Source: Mytilus californianus
Lineage: Eukaryota
Direction: 5' to 3'
Assembly (NCBI RefSeq): GCF_021869535.1
Contig: NW_026262690.1
Coordinates: 80,538,001 to 80,602,000, forward strand
DNA: 64,000 nt
In this document: piece after piece, positions 11,440 through 24,579 of the stretch
Layout: every line of letters starts with the position of its first letter
Numbering within the stretch: the first letter of the stretch is position 1
Made by a program: the position numbers and the translations under genes
The notes under the pieces: model-generated
Database searches by the model: none
Seen by the model: only the letters and a program-made list of their open reading frames with translations
Told to the model about the DNA's origin: nothing

Positions 11440-13437
11440 CTGAAAAATACAATTAAAAATCTATCATAAAGATTTATCGGAATAAAGAGGTCATCATTTT
11501 AAAATTTAAAATTTCAAGGAGCTTATGTTGATTACCTAGTACATAATTGTCACTGATAATACTTAATGTGTCTGATATTATTTGTTATACATTTGCAATT
11601 ATATCAATTGCACAAATTTACTGTCAGTTCAATATCTAGAAACAGCTCCATCGTCATGATATAATGTATTATATTTCATTTGGTATATTTGAATTCGAAG
11701 ACCAAACTGAAGAAAATTGTCCCCTCGGTAATTGTGTTAAGAGAGACAGAGCTGAATTATGTTCCTCGTCCTAAAAAAACGTTTTCATCAGTTGTTTGCA
11801 ACCAGTAGAAAAAAACAGTTTTTAAGAATTTTAATGTCACTCATGCTTATTCCATTCCTTCACAATTAAGAAAAAGTATTTTGTTTTTTTTTTTTAATAT
11901 TTCTTAAAAATTCTTTGTTAATCAGATTATTCATAAAAATAATTTAAAAAAATGCAATCCTTCCTTTTCACAAATATGACACACATGTCACCAATAGGTC
12001 TAACAGGCTGGTTACTTAAGAATACCAAAAAAAAAAAAAAACTTTTATGGTACTGAACCTGAATTTGAATTTTGAGGCTAATAATAGTTATTATCAATTT
12101 GAACTTAATCCAAAAATTTATCAAAATTGAGATTTTCGAGATACAACAAACGTAAAGAGGCCAGAATTTTTTTTATTCTTTATAAAATACATAAACCTCA
12201 ATTTCTGGCAATTGATTCAATGTACATTTTAACCATCAATATAATATATATAAAACCTAAAACAAAAATTGAGGAACTGTATCTCCGAAGTAAATCAAGC
12301 CGAAGAAAACGAATGCTTTCAATAAATTTTTAGCAGTCACCATGAAAATACAAGATTGTATAACAAAGTCCGGGACATTCACATCATTGCAGAAGGGTAA
12401 GTCTAGTGTTAAAAAGGACATATTCAGACACAAAAATACCTAGACCATAGAAAAGGCCACGCACTAACAGTCTCAAAGATAGTTCAGATTAACCCTTTAC
12501 CGTTGAGCAAAATCTCTACATCATTTTCAAAATTTCAAGTGCAAATACCTAAAACCAAATGATGCTATATGCCCGTACATCCACCATTAACTAGAAATCG
12601 GCCATACATGACATTTTCTCATTAATTGTTCTTATGCAGAACACATTACATAAGGTTAGAATGGTGTGTTTTGAGGTGAACACAAACGGATAAACTTCCG
12701 AAAGTAAATAAATTTTTCCTGCTGAACTGTTGAAAAGATATTCTTTTTTGTTTCATATTAGCGCTAAATTGACTTAAAATCGGCCAACTGGAAATAATCA
12801 TGTGGAGCACGGGTAGATAAAGAAAGCTTGTTTTCTTAGAAAGTAGCTTACAATAATTTTCAAATGCAAATGATGCATGTTCAAATTTTTCACAATAACT
12901 CCAGCTGATGTAAAAACTGAATACTAAGTCGGCAAAATTTATGCTACTGTTTCTTTCTTTTCTAGTTTTTTTTATCAGTTTTAGCTTATTTTATATAGCT
13001 TTATGAAAGTCGGCCAAAATCGATCAGTAAACTGCAGTACACTACAGTAAGTCAAGAAGAGTAGCTTCACATTTTCTGACAATTAGTTAAGGAAAAAGAT
13101 TATAATTTGGCTATTTTTCCGCATAAATAATTAATAAAAAAAAATGTTGCACATAGATGTTGGGAATGTAACGATTTAAATGTGTAAAAATAAATTTTCC
13201 TTGGCCTATTTTATTGGAAAAACCCACACGACAAAGACATTTGTTTACAAACTATTCCATCTTCCCTTTTAATCGTTAAATAAAAGACTTCTATTTGTAA
13301 ATTCGATTCAAAGAAACGCAACTTTACACACACATATACAATTGTTTTCACTTTTTTGCTTAAATTTCATCTTTAACAGTCGTTGAGCAAAGTGAAAGTA
13401 GATGTTCTATTTCTGCACTCTGAAATTCATTTCTTAC

Positions 13438-13567
13438 TTTGAGCAACTGGCACAATAATTGAACGAAATGTTTGATTTCGTTTTGACAATACACTAAGTC
13501 TATGGACAATTGGTCGTGTAAACTGTCTGATTAGTAAAGTAACCAATTTTACGATTGGCAATACCAT
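13438..13567 (-). CDS. OPA3: OPA3-like protein A, exon 1 (130 nt; missed by the ORF track)
   Basis: MVLPIVKLVTLLIRQFTRPIVHRLSVLSKRNQTFRSIIVPVAQ then phase-1 GTAAGA donor at 13437; the AQ-x-YH phase-1 intron position matches what I recall for human OPA3. Confidence 0.9.
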
Positions 13568-13680
13568 ATTTTCGTCTGCATTGAGTTGGAACGGTGGTAT
13601 TTGATTTCCGGGAACTAGTTGTCGCGGTTTCCCAGACGCTTCACTTTTGCAATAAATAATTTTTGCTTTCTCTGGCGTAG
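13568..13680 (-). promoter_or_regulatory. Conserved 5' block of the OPA3-like genes
   Basis: TTGCAAAA..AAGCGT..AACCG(A/C)GA..AAATAC.ACCGTT.CA.CTCAATGCA shared with 17085-17194 (+), 53704-53765 (-) and 61575-61684 (+); TTCCGGGAA at 13606-13614. Confidence 0.6.
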
Positions 13681-14759
13681 GATTCTAACTCACTGCTCGA
13701 TGGTATGTTACAGAGATGTGGCCATGATCCGAGCTTACGTTTTCTCTCATTCGTAACTACTCGACCTTTTTCGGTATTCTGAAAAACTAACCTGGTATGA
13801 AAAACCGGCGATTGACCATCAAATCTCCGTTTCAAATATCTTGTCCTTTCAGACTATGATTGGCAATATTCCACTGAATATGACCATCTACTATACGATA
13901 GGGCGACTTAATTATGAAATTTCCTCATTGTAGACAATACATAGAGAAATATTAGGTAGGATCGTAGATACAGGAAAAATTATAAGGGTTGATGATGGCC
14001 ATCTGTGAGAATAAGTCAACTTGTGTTTAACTGTTTGTGTTGCACTGCCAAAGATACAAGTTAACACAGGAACCTCGATATTTTATTGTTAATATTAAAC
14101 TTTGAACAACATCAACGTATATTAGGTTTGAAACTCCCGTTTCAGGTTGTGAACAATCGCATCAATTACAGTAAACCTGTTTACAATGCAAAAGCAAAGT
14201 CTTTTAATTTGAATTTTAGCAAATATATTTGAAATAGTTTAGACCAAATGTACAGGTTGAAACTTGGTAAGGGGCTTATAAAAAATTGAAGAATATTCAA
14301 GATTAACCATTTACAAATCTCCAATTTTCTAATGAATAACACCAATGACTCCATTGGCATATGCATTATAGGCATAGCTATTACAGTTTATTCATAGAAT
14401 TGTGGACACAACATGTCAACCTGACTCCATTGGCATATGCAAACAGGCATAGATAGCAGCATTCTTTTTCTTATCATTTCTGTACTTCTTGCGTTTTAAT
14501 ATGATAACTTGCCTGGAAAAGTTAGATCTAGGTCCTTTTCCACATTTCAATACAAGTATAACCCTTTTTTAATCTTTTACTATGATATTGATATGATTAA
14601 ATTTTCTTTTGTCCATGTTAAACCGATACAAGAATCTTATCATTTGTATTTAAGGAAAAGTGCTAATTTGAAATAACGAAATACCCTAATTAACAGTTTG
14701 CCAGACAGACATAAATAACAGTTTACCAGACAGACATAAATTACGTATCTAAAATAAAT

Positions 14760-14882
14760 TTCCCGGGTGCGGGAATTTCTCGCTGCATTGAAGACCTGTT
14801 GGTGGCCTTCTGCTGTTGTCTCTTCTGTGGTCGGGTTGTTGTCTCTTTGACACATTCCCCATTTCCATTCTCAATTTTATTA
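14760..14882 (+). repeat. Short interspersed repeat; second copy at about 16095-16205
   Basis: gaagacc..tggtggccttc.gctgttgtc..ggtcggg..gttgtctctttgacacattccccatttccatt present twice. Confidence 0.7.
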
Positions 14883-15317
14883 AATTTTTATGATTTAAAA
14901 CATACATGTCTTACACTTTCCGTTGATAAATTTAAATTACCTTTATATTCAAATTTATTATATTTGAACTTTTCAAACGAAAATGGCAAATCAGTATAAA
15001 CAATGACCTTTTAAATGTTTGCAGTTCAATGAAGATTCTGAAGATAATATAAAAATAGGGAGATGTGGTACGATTGCCAATGAGACAACTATCCACCAAA
15101 GTTCAAATGAAGTGGATGTAAATATAAAATATATATAATTAAAATTTAAAGAAATAGAAAAAAATGTAATAATAAAAACTATTAGTAGACAGCTCTCTCA
15201 CAAGAAAAACACCCATAACTGTAAAATATAAGGGCATCGCTACAAGCAAGGGGACACATTCAATAGCATCAACTCAACACGAACAACAAACCCTGCAATC
15301 AATACAAAAATAGGGAA

Positions 15318-15554
15318 ATGTGATATGATTGCCAATGAGACAACTATCCACTAAAGTTCAAATTAAGTGGATGGGTAAGTTGACAGATATGATCGGAGAC
15401 CACTAAAACATGTATCCCATGAGTTGAGATAAGGACACCAAATCGTATTGGGGTTTTCTCATTGTTGAAGACCGTACGGTTGCCTATAATTGCTTTTATC
15501 CACTTTAATTGAACTTTGATGAATCGTTGTCTCATTGACAATTAAACCACATCT
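15318..15554. repeat. Inverted repeat of about 58 bp formed by two opposed copies of a short repeat
   Basis: atgtgatatgattgccaatgagacaactatccactaaagttcaaattaagtggat (15318-15373) vs its approximate reverse complement at 15497-15554; further copy at 15058-15120. Confidence 0.65.
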
Positions 15555-17194
15555 TGTTACTCGCGATATTTTCGCGAACTGCCCTTGAGAGCGAACTTTG
15601 TGACGATTTATTTTCGCGATTGTCGAACGTTGTTGATGTATTTGTTAAACAAGACATCGAATGCTGACATATTCTCAATGATCCATATTCGCGTGTCCTT
15701 TCGCTCTTGAAAATTTGCTTGTTTACAGTTTTGCTGACTTTCAATTTTAGATCAAATAATGATGATGCTAACTTAAAAAAACAAAACTAATACATGTGCT
15801 CCTAACAAAGAACTGAATACTGATTTTCTTAATTATGTTTTTAGATAATCCAGCCAGGTCATATCTTTTCTAAGCGACATTAAATATTTATCATAGATTA
15901 AATCTGTTATCAATCAACCTGCTTGACTTGCAAATAATCATACGAATAACAGTGGGGTGGGATGTACATTAATGGAATAGCAACTCAACGACATCTACAG
16001 GTCGAAATAAGGTCTTCGACTATACATAAGTGAATCAATACTATTATGTCAAGCCCTAAACAGCTGTTTTACCAAAGAATTAAATACAGAAATTTGCTAA
16101 GTTTGCATGCTTGAAGACCCATTGGTGGCCTTCGGCTGTTGTCTGCTCTATGGTCGGGTCGTTGTCTCTTTGACACATTCCCCATTTCCATTTTCAATTT
16201 TATTTAAAATTGTTGGAGGAGTTATTGACAATTGGGACCTTCCTTTATTGTAAATTGACCTGGTTTGACCATCTGGACATTAAGTCTTAGGTTACACAAA
16301 TTGCAGTGCTCATTTTCAATGTATATATATATACTAGAGAGAGATTTAAGAAGTCTTACTGCTGATCGTTGAAAACTGTAGGATAAGTTGTTTACCTCCA
16401 TAAAAACAGGAAATCTCTCGTTTCCCAAATGTAGGGACGTTTTGAACTGATATTTATCCATAATGTTATTAATTCTTTATTCTTGTTTTAATCATGCGGC
16501 TTTTTGTGTTGTTTGTCTTGCTTAATCTTTAGTTTTTTTATGTCGTGATTGTAAATTGTGGCTTTTCTTTTTTTGCCATGATTTTTCCGTCTATCTCCAG
16601 CCTTTGGTATCTGTCGCCACTCTTTTTCAATATAAGAACAGTATGGGACAGAGCTAGGAAAATTTTGAAAATTAAGACAATAGAACTCATCATTGCTATC
16701 TATAGTCACTTCTCTTTCATATCAACATTGTTTAAGATTTTCCGCTTATCTTGAAAAAAATTTCAATCAGCTTTACTAAGATATTTAGAAAAGTGACAAT
16801 CTGAGGAAAAGTTGTAATAAACGTCAACGTAGACAGATCTTTTACGGAATTTTCCAATTGTCAAAGCCATACTCCCGTCATCATTTTCTTGATATTTGAT
16901 ATAGTTACCTCATTAGACTTAACACCGAATATTTACTTACCATGAGAAACATGCTTTTTATGCATCATTTAAAATTTATGGTATACTTAAACGGATTTCC
17001 TACTTTTCCCCGGCAATACAAGTCATACAGATGGACTTCTTTTGTTCACCCAGTTGATAATAATAGAATCCCAGGCTAGAGAAAAACCTAGATGTTGTTT
17101 GCAAAAAGTAAAGCGTTAGGATAACCGAGACTTCATTAGATTCAGGGAAGTAAATACGACCGTTTCACCTCAATGCAGTCGAAGGTATTCAGTC

Positions 17195-17435
17195 ATGGTA
17201 TGGCCAATAGCAAAATTGATTCTTCAACGTGTTGCATTACTTGTCAAAGAATCTTCAAGAAGAATTAAAAAAAGAAGATCGTCAAACCCCAAAGAAGACG
17301 AAAATGTAAATTTGCCAATTTTTCATTTGGTCACTTTATTTATCAAAGAGAATATAAGACCAGTTGTAAATAGATTTAGTAAATCGATTAAGCAGAATCC
17401 TCAGTTTCGTGCAGTCATTGAAAGAGTTGCACAAA
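17195..17435 (+). CDS. OPA3: OPA3-like protein B, exon 1 (241 nt, duplicated N-terminus)
   Basis: MVWPIAKL..RRIKKRR..VNLPIFHLVTLFIKENIRPVVNRFSKSIKQNPQFRAVIERVAQ then phase-1 GTAAGA donor at 17436. Confidence 0.85.
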
Positions 17436-20074
17436 GTAAGAATTATAAAATTACCTTTTATTCATGCTACTAACATATATGTAACTTATTCAAGATTTCA
17501 GAAATAAAATGTCTACTTTCATTTCGCTCAGGGACAGTTAAGCATGAAATTTAAACAATGTGTATTTGTGTGTAAAAAGAATAAACAAAAATACCGAACT
17601 TCAAGGTTGATTAAAACAAAGGGGGAAGTCCATAAAATCTGACAAAATCAAACGTTAGACTATATCAACCAACGGTGTAGTAAAACAGTATTCACAAAAA
17701 TACCGAACTTCGAGGTACATTCAAAAAGGGAAAGTCCATAAAACCTGACAAAATCAAACATAAGACTATATCAACCAACGTTTTTTTTCTCTTTTTTTTC
17801 TTCAAATATTTGTTGCTTACAAATTACAGTTCATTATTTTACAATTAACAGGCGGAATTATAGTTGCTTACTTCCACTTAATTTTGTCTCTTGTAGATGG
17901 TTGTCTAGTTGGCAACCATACAGCATCTTATTTTCCTGTTGCTTGTCTTTTCGTTATTTTTTCTTCTTGCTCAAGGCGTTGTCTGGTGTTTTTTTTTACT
18001 TATAAATTTTTCAGCTTTTCAGGTGTAAGTTGGTTTGATTTATTAGGATATAGTCGTTTCTGTATATTTTAATGCCAACCCCAGATTGACCATCGAGTAC
18101 TAATCTTGAATGAAGTGAATATACAATTAGACTCTGGTACAAACTAGTATATGATTACGTAGTTTAGAGACGACTAATGTTGTCTTAAGAGTTTTTTCTC
18201 ACTTTGACAATGCAGTGATCCCTGATTGGAGCGTTTAATTTGTCTCCTGTTGATACATGTAAATCTAGTAAATGAAATAAACACTTTATAATTTCATTGC
18301 GTCCAAAGCGCTTTTCTTAATTTACCATCACCAGGAAAGCTCAAACACTAACATTTTAAAGCGAGAGATGTATTATAACTTATAAATGGTAGAAGCTACA
18401 TAGCAAAAAGGGACAGAAAACAAATAACTAAATTCACCTAAGATAAACTTTGCCTGTGGAAGTTTTTTGGATTTTTAGTTTAATTTCTACATTTATCAAA
18501 AGCCTAAAAGAAATCACTGCGTGTAACTTTTCTTTAACAGTACATTTGATATCCCCACCCCTGTTTCAATTTTTGATTTATAAAGAATTTGAAACCAAGA
18601 CTTTAATTATTGTTAGCTTACCCTATGTGCATGTTTTCTGAAATGAAATGTCTAGAACCTGTATGAAACTCCTCTGATAACAAATCGAAAGCATTTCAGA
18701 ATACTATAATTGCAAAGTTTAATAGTTCAGCATTCCAACATTCAAGATTATATAAAGTATCCAATTCTGCCTCTGTCTCCAGTCCACATCTTACTGTATG
18801 CCCATTTATCTATAAAAGTTCACACTTTCTGCCTCAAATGTTCAGTTTAGAAATCTTGCCACAATAGTATCATCTTTAAACAAAGCCATAATTGCAAAAG
18901 TTGTATGTATGAAGTTACCAGTTTGATATATAAATTGATTAAAAGTTTTATAGAACTGACTGCTAAAATCTAATTTTTGCATAACTTCAAAGCAAGTTTA
19001 TTGTTGTCTTTACAAAAGACCTTTATATTAATAAAATCATATCCTTTACAGGTTAAATCATCTGATGTATGATCCATATATATTTTTAGGATAGAACACA
19101 CTATTGTTAGTTTTATAGAGGTATTTTTGTATCTCTAGCTTGTACTTTGTTATGCCGCAGTCACAAAAAAGCACAGGCAGGTGTTGCGGCTTACTTATGG
19201 GTTTTCGACAGGACAAAAACACCCCAACAACAATGTTCATCAAGGATCTATAAGTTTCAATGACTGTGAAGAGTAAATATAAGAACTTCTTAACAATTTA
19301 AATTACATATATGCATATGTTATGAATTTACTTTGCATACAGGGCTTTATGTAAACTATGCATACTGTAAACTGTGAATTTATGCTGAGTTATCATATCT
19401 AAGGCACAGGATTTTCTCAATCTTCATGAAATATTTATTTATCTTTATATTTGAGTTAATTTCATTAAAATCTCTAAAAATAAACCAGATTTGGTGAAAT
19501 TCTTCTTGTATTCTTTTTTTCACACTCTATAAAAGTTGCACTTCTGTAAATATAGACAATGCAATTTCCCATAGAATCTCCTTTTACTACTAAAATTGTG
19601 CCACTTTTACAATGAAGTTTCGTAAAAAATTATATCCTATATGCTCTAATATTTTTACAAAGGGCAAACCATAGGGCTGTGCGGCATATTTTCAACATTC
19701 ATATACCCCGAACTTCTAAGAGTTTAAACTTATACTTAAATTCTGTACTACCCCTCCCTTCACTTTGGGTCTTCCTCAGAACTCAATTTGACGGCTATCC
19801 ATGGGTATTTATACTAGTAAAATTTCCAATTTGTGTCTCTATGAGATATAGAATAGAATCATATCTGGGAACCAGTAGGTAAACAAAACAAAATATATTT
19901 GAATATTATATATCTCCCCAAAAGAGGCATGGTTTGTGAAACAGCTGTATTAACAAAATGCAACCTTTATATTCGTCGCTATTAATAAATTATGATAAAT
20001 GATTCAAAAGTTCTAAAAACAATTTTTTTTACCAATTGTTGGATTAAAGTGCATGTTGACAATTATTTAGCTCA

Positions 20075-20395
20075 GAACAAGCTCAGTGGTCTCAGTGGTC
20101 TCAGTTTACGGCTGGCCCTTTGCGTGGGAGGTGTTTAATCCGATTCACAATAACATCAAACAAAAAACTTTTCATTTTGCAGTTGCTATTTCCCCGCCTT
20201 GCACACATCAGTATGGTGAATGAGTAAAGACTGGTAGGCTCGTAGAGAGGATAATGTGTCCTGCTAACCGTTACCTTATGGGCTTTCCCATTAATATTTG
20301 AATCATTGAGTCAGTCTAGCTAAACGCAGGGTATAAAACAACAATGCATGTAATAATCGCTGTTGGACGCTAAGCTTCATTAACCATCATCACCT
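20075..20395 (+). mobile_element. Degraded tRNA-derived SINE with a Meta/Deu-type central domain
   Basis: Head gctcagtggtc..gcgtgggagg; body aaagactggtaggctcg..aggataatgtgtcc resembles bivalve SINE core as recalled. Confidence 0.45.
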
Positions 20396-21939
20396 GCTTG
20401 TCCTAAAGTTGGTTTTCATGTTATATTCATTCTTTCTAGTTCAACTGTGTATTCCCGATTGACACATTTTGACTGAGTGATGATTCGCATGGCAGACGAT
20501 GCATGCATAGCAAAAGGAGTTGAAACATGGGTTCATGAATCTCCACTCACTGGCGACGTGTTTTAGCAGTGTTAGATATCTAGATACCAGAATAGTCGTC
20601 TAATCTGTAGATTTATTGGTTTTATTCCATTACCAATGGTGACATTTTGATCGAGTGTGTCGATTCGCATAACAAGTAATGCATGCTTAGTATGAGATGC
20701 CTACCCTGTTGGCGCATCCAGTCTTGGAGTTCATGCGATTGCCCTATTATGTTTGTTACCTTGATTTGTCTTTTTAATCGATTTAAGATTTGAACATCGG
20801 TAAACTACGGTTGTTTATATTTAAAAGAGCAGACTCTGTATTTATATTGCAAACCCTTTTCTAAGAATAGAATTTAGAATAAAATTTCTTTTTATTTATA
20901 TATAGGGCAAAACCAGAATACCCCTTAACAATATCATTGTTGGAAAGGTATGGGACTTTTTGAGTTATAGTCTTGTTATTCCCAGTTTAAAGGAATATTG
21001 AATAAAATTACTTGTTTCAGTTTTCTTCTGACTGTTATCCTTGTTTGCATCATCAATTTTAATTTCAAAATTATGCTTTCTGTAGTTAAAAATCAGGACC
21101 AAATATACAATTGTTTTTTTGAAAATTCATCTAGTGTGAGATGTCTATAAATTCTATAAATAGGTGCCTGTCTGTGATACTGTTGATATTAATTCTGGTT
21201 TTTTTTTGTCTAGCAAGTGATCCTGGATAGACATAAACTAATCTTCAAACAAATGTATCTGTAGTTTCTTTGTTTTTCTACAACAAATGTTCATAATGAA
21301 CTTTTTTGATACTAGATATAACATAAGTCTGACTTTTACTTCAACTATGTTTCTTTAATATAATGTGGAATGTGTCCAAAACGTTCATTTTTATTATTGT
21401 CCGCACTCATTAACAAATTAATAAATGATTTCTCATGATTTGTTCTAAATTTTAAGGCGATGTTTGGTACACGTCAAATAAACAGAAACCAAACTATACA
21501 AAAGAAGCCAGACGACATATATATTTCAACACAGTCTTCAACAATAGATAAGTAGTGTCTATGTAACATTTCCTACTTAAAATAGCCCTTGTACTTAGTT
21601 TATTTTTGTTTTCTTTCCGTCGTCTATAAAACACAACAATAACGCTCAGGTTACTACATTTACATTAAACAAAATAGATATAGACGCAAACAGAAAAAAA
21701 CATGGCAAAAAAAAAAAACCCCCATGATTTAATACCTTCATGGAAAGTAACGATCCTTGATAGAGGTATTCATGAAAAGAAACGCAAGCTTTGGAATATT
21801 GTATGAACTTGGACATATAAACTTTACAAAGATGCGATGCTCGAAGGTTGCTAGATAGAAATTGGGAAAATCATATTATCTCTTTTTTGTAAAATTGTTC
21901 AAATGAGCCTCCTTGACAGTTTCAGATGTAAGTCAAGAT

Positions 21940-23665
21940 ATAATTTACTTAATGTTTTTTCCGGTACAGGATCCTCACTGTAACTCTTCATCAGACTCAT
22001 ATATTGTGTTTTGATCTCTATTATTGCTGTTGCTACCTCCGGTTAGTTGAGTTCGATAATCAAAATAATAGATTTATTCGTTTTCCCAATGCTTATCCAG
22101 TCTATTATTTAAAGCGTTTATTGATAGGGTATAACTTAATATGGTAACTTGTTCCATATTTTGGCGATTCTTAATGCAAAACTATTCTTCCTCAAACTTG
22201 TTTTGATTCTTCGTTGAGTGATTTGATTACTTTTCACTCTTGTACTATTTCTATGTTCTGTATTTGCTATTAATTTGAGAAATGTACTGGTTTCTGGGTC
22301 GTATTTTCTTTTTAATATCTTTTCAATGTCTCTATCATATCCCCTCTGACTCTTTTATATGACAGTGTCGGTAGCCTAAGTTTCTTCAGTCTTTCTGTGT
22401 AACTTGAAATGTTGAAACCTGGTATCTGTCGTGTTGCTCTTTTTTGTACATTCTCAATTTTATCAATACACATTTTTTTTCTAAAATGTGCCCATACTGA
22501 ACTAGCATAGTCTAACTGTGTTCCTACTAATGGTTTGTATAGAGGAAAGACAATTTAAAAGATTTTCTTAGTGCAGCAAAAATTCGCTTTATTCACATTT
22601 TCGCAAATATGTTTGTCAAATGATAGATCTTCGTCTAAAACTACGCCTATATACTTCTCTTCTTTGTATCTACTAATATTTTGACCTAATAGATTGTATG
22701 ATATGCTTTCGTCTCTTGCAGTTCTACTTATATTAATCTGTTTGCATTTTTCAGGGTGGAATTTCAAAAGCCATGTATTTCTTCATTTTTCTAGCTGATT
22801 TAAATAATTTTGTAATATATCTTGGTAACTCTTATCTTCTATGATCCTGAAAATTTTAGTATCATCAGCGAATAAGTAGGCATCCGATTTAATGCAATCT
22901 GGTAAGTCATTTATGTAAAGAATAAATAACAGAGGGCCTAATTCTGTGCCTTGGGGTATTGCGATTGTAACCCCCTTCCAGTCTGATGTTTCACCATTCA
23001 CTGAAACTCTTTGTTTTTAATATGTTAGAAAATCTGTAATCAAGTCTAATATTGTGTTAATTATTCCATATTTTTCAATTTTCTTTATAAGTCTCCTACG
23101 AGGTACTTTGTCGAATGCTTTCATGAAGTCTGTATATATGCAGTCTACCTGATATTCATTTTCTAAGGCTTCTATCCATTTATTGATTACTACTATTAGT
23201 TGTAGAGCAGTTGATCTTTTCGAAATAAAGCCATACTGTTTGAGAATAATTTATTAAGTTTCATGTGACTAATTACATGCTCTCTTCTGATTTTCTCCAT
23301 AACATGCATAATTTTACAAACTACTGAAGTAAGACTTACAGGCCTGTAGTTTTTAGCTTGTGATGTATTTCCTTTTTAAAAATAGCATTCACTAGATCAT
23401 TTTTCCATTCTTTGGGGACTGCTTTATTGGTTAATTATTGGCTGAAAATTAAGTTTAAGGGTTCAGCTATACCTTCCTTTATCTAAACAATCTTGGATGT
23501 TAGTAAATTTTCGTAGATGTTTCAATACCCTTTCTTTGCTAATTTTAGCTCTTCCATTTCATTATGTATGAAGATTGGTTTAGGTTCAGGGATCCCTCTT
23601 TGCGGTTCATTTGTGAAGACAGTAGTAAAGTATTCTGGTAATACTTCTGCCTTTTGTTTATTACC
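21940..23665 (-). mobile_element. 5'-truncated CR1/L2-like LINE ORF2 (RT) remnant in intron 1 of gene B
   Basis: IPQGTELGPLLFILYINDLPD..YLFADDTKI, MKFHPEKCK, DFMKAFDKVP, YRPVSLTS, ending KIWNKLP..RLDKHW; stops and frameshifts. Confidence 0.85.
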
Positions 23666-24579
23666 GAGTCCAATCTGAGGCGCTCACTAAAACGCCCAAT
23701 CGGTAGTGATTTGAAGCAGCATTAACTGTAGTTAACGATATCTGATTTTTTTTAAAGTTAAATATGTAAGATGTCTTGACTAGAAGGATTTAGCCAGGAT
23801 TTCAACCAGTAGTGACTTTAAGGAAATTATTGAAATGACTCTTATTACTACAACTAAAAACAATTTATGTGCAAATCAAGGTTAAGGACATGCATAATCG
23901 TTTGTTAAAAGTTAAAATTGAAATTACAGTGGATGTATTGTAATTTCTGTCCAGCTGTATTATTTATAGGTTAACAAAAGACCCTATTTTGTTCAGATAT
24001 TGAATTGGGTCTCTTGAAATAGTTTTTCATAATTTATGGCGACAGAAGAAGTTTTAATTTCTTCATTCTTTTCTTATTATTAGAATTTCTAGGATTTTTT
24101 AAGAAACATTCTGAAATGCTATGTTAAGTAAAGTAAAAGAAACTCTATGAAGGTGTGGAATAAGCATAAAAATCTGTTTGACGTGACCTGAAAATTCTTT
24201 AAAAACTATGTCCATTTCGGTTGCATATACCAGAAGATTTTTTGGGGGAAATTATGGTTAAGAAACACAATTCAGTTATTTCCCTCTACACATTAAACAA
24301 GTAGAGACAATTTTCTTCAATGGAAATAAACCTAATATAGTATATACCATGATGTTGCTACTCTCGTAGAAACAATATAAAAAGTAAGTCTATGCGATTT
24401 GTATATCAAATGTATTTTAAATAATATCAGGTTCAATCAGCATTCTTGACAGATTCCAGTGACACTTATGTTCCAAGTAATCACCAAAGGCTCCTTGAAC
24501 TCTTCATGTTTAAATAGATGACTTCATAATTTAGGTTAAGATCTAGGATAGGTTTTTAATTGCATTTTAATTTTTTCAG

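Larger units (their letters stand above)
1..17545. repeat. Segmental duplication, copy 1 (C1qDC 3' flank, OPA3-like A, OPA3-like B exon 1); collinear with 35355-62040
   Basis: Ordered same-strand homology anchors seen by eye: 1-85 vs 35355-35445; 85-330 vs 35905-36120; 4960-5140 vs 37235-37415; 6560-6850 vs 41715-41995; 7300-7520 vs 42520-42705; 11090-11660 vs 45132-45700; 13190-13620 vs 53270-53760; 17040-17545 vs 61540-62040. Confidence 0.85.

Noticed and set aside
11221-11469. 82 aa plus-strand ORF
   Set aside because: Antisense to OPA3-like A exon 2.
20075-20150. tRNA gene
   Set aside because: Only degenerate A/B-box-like sequence with no cloverleaf; better explained as a SINE head. The same applies to 42340-42402.
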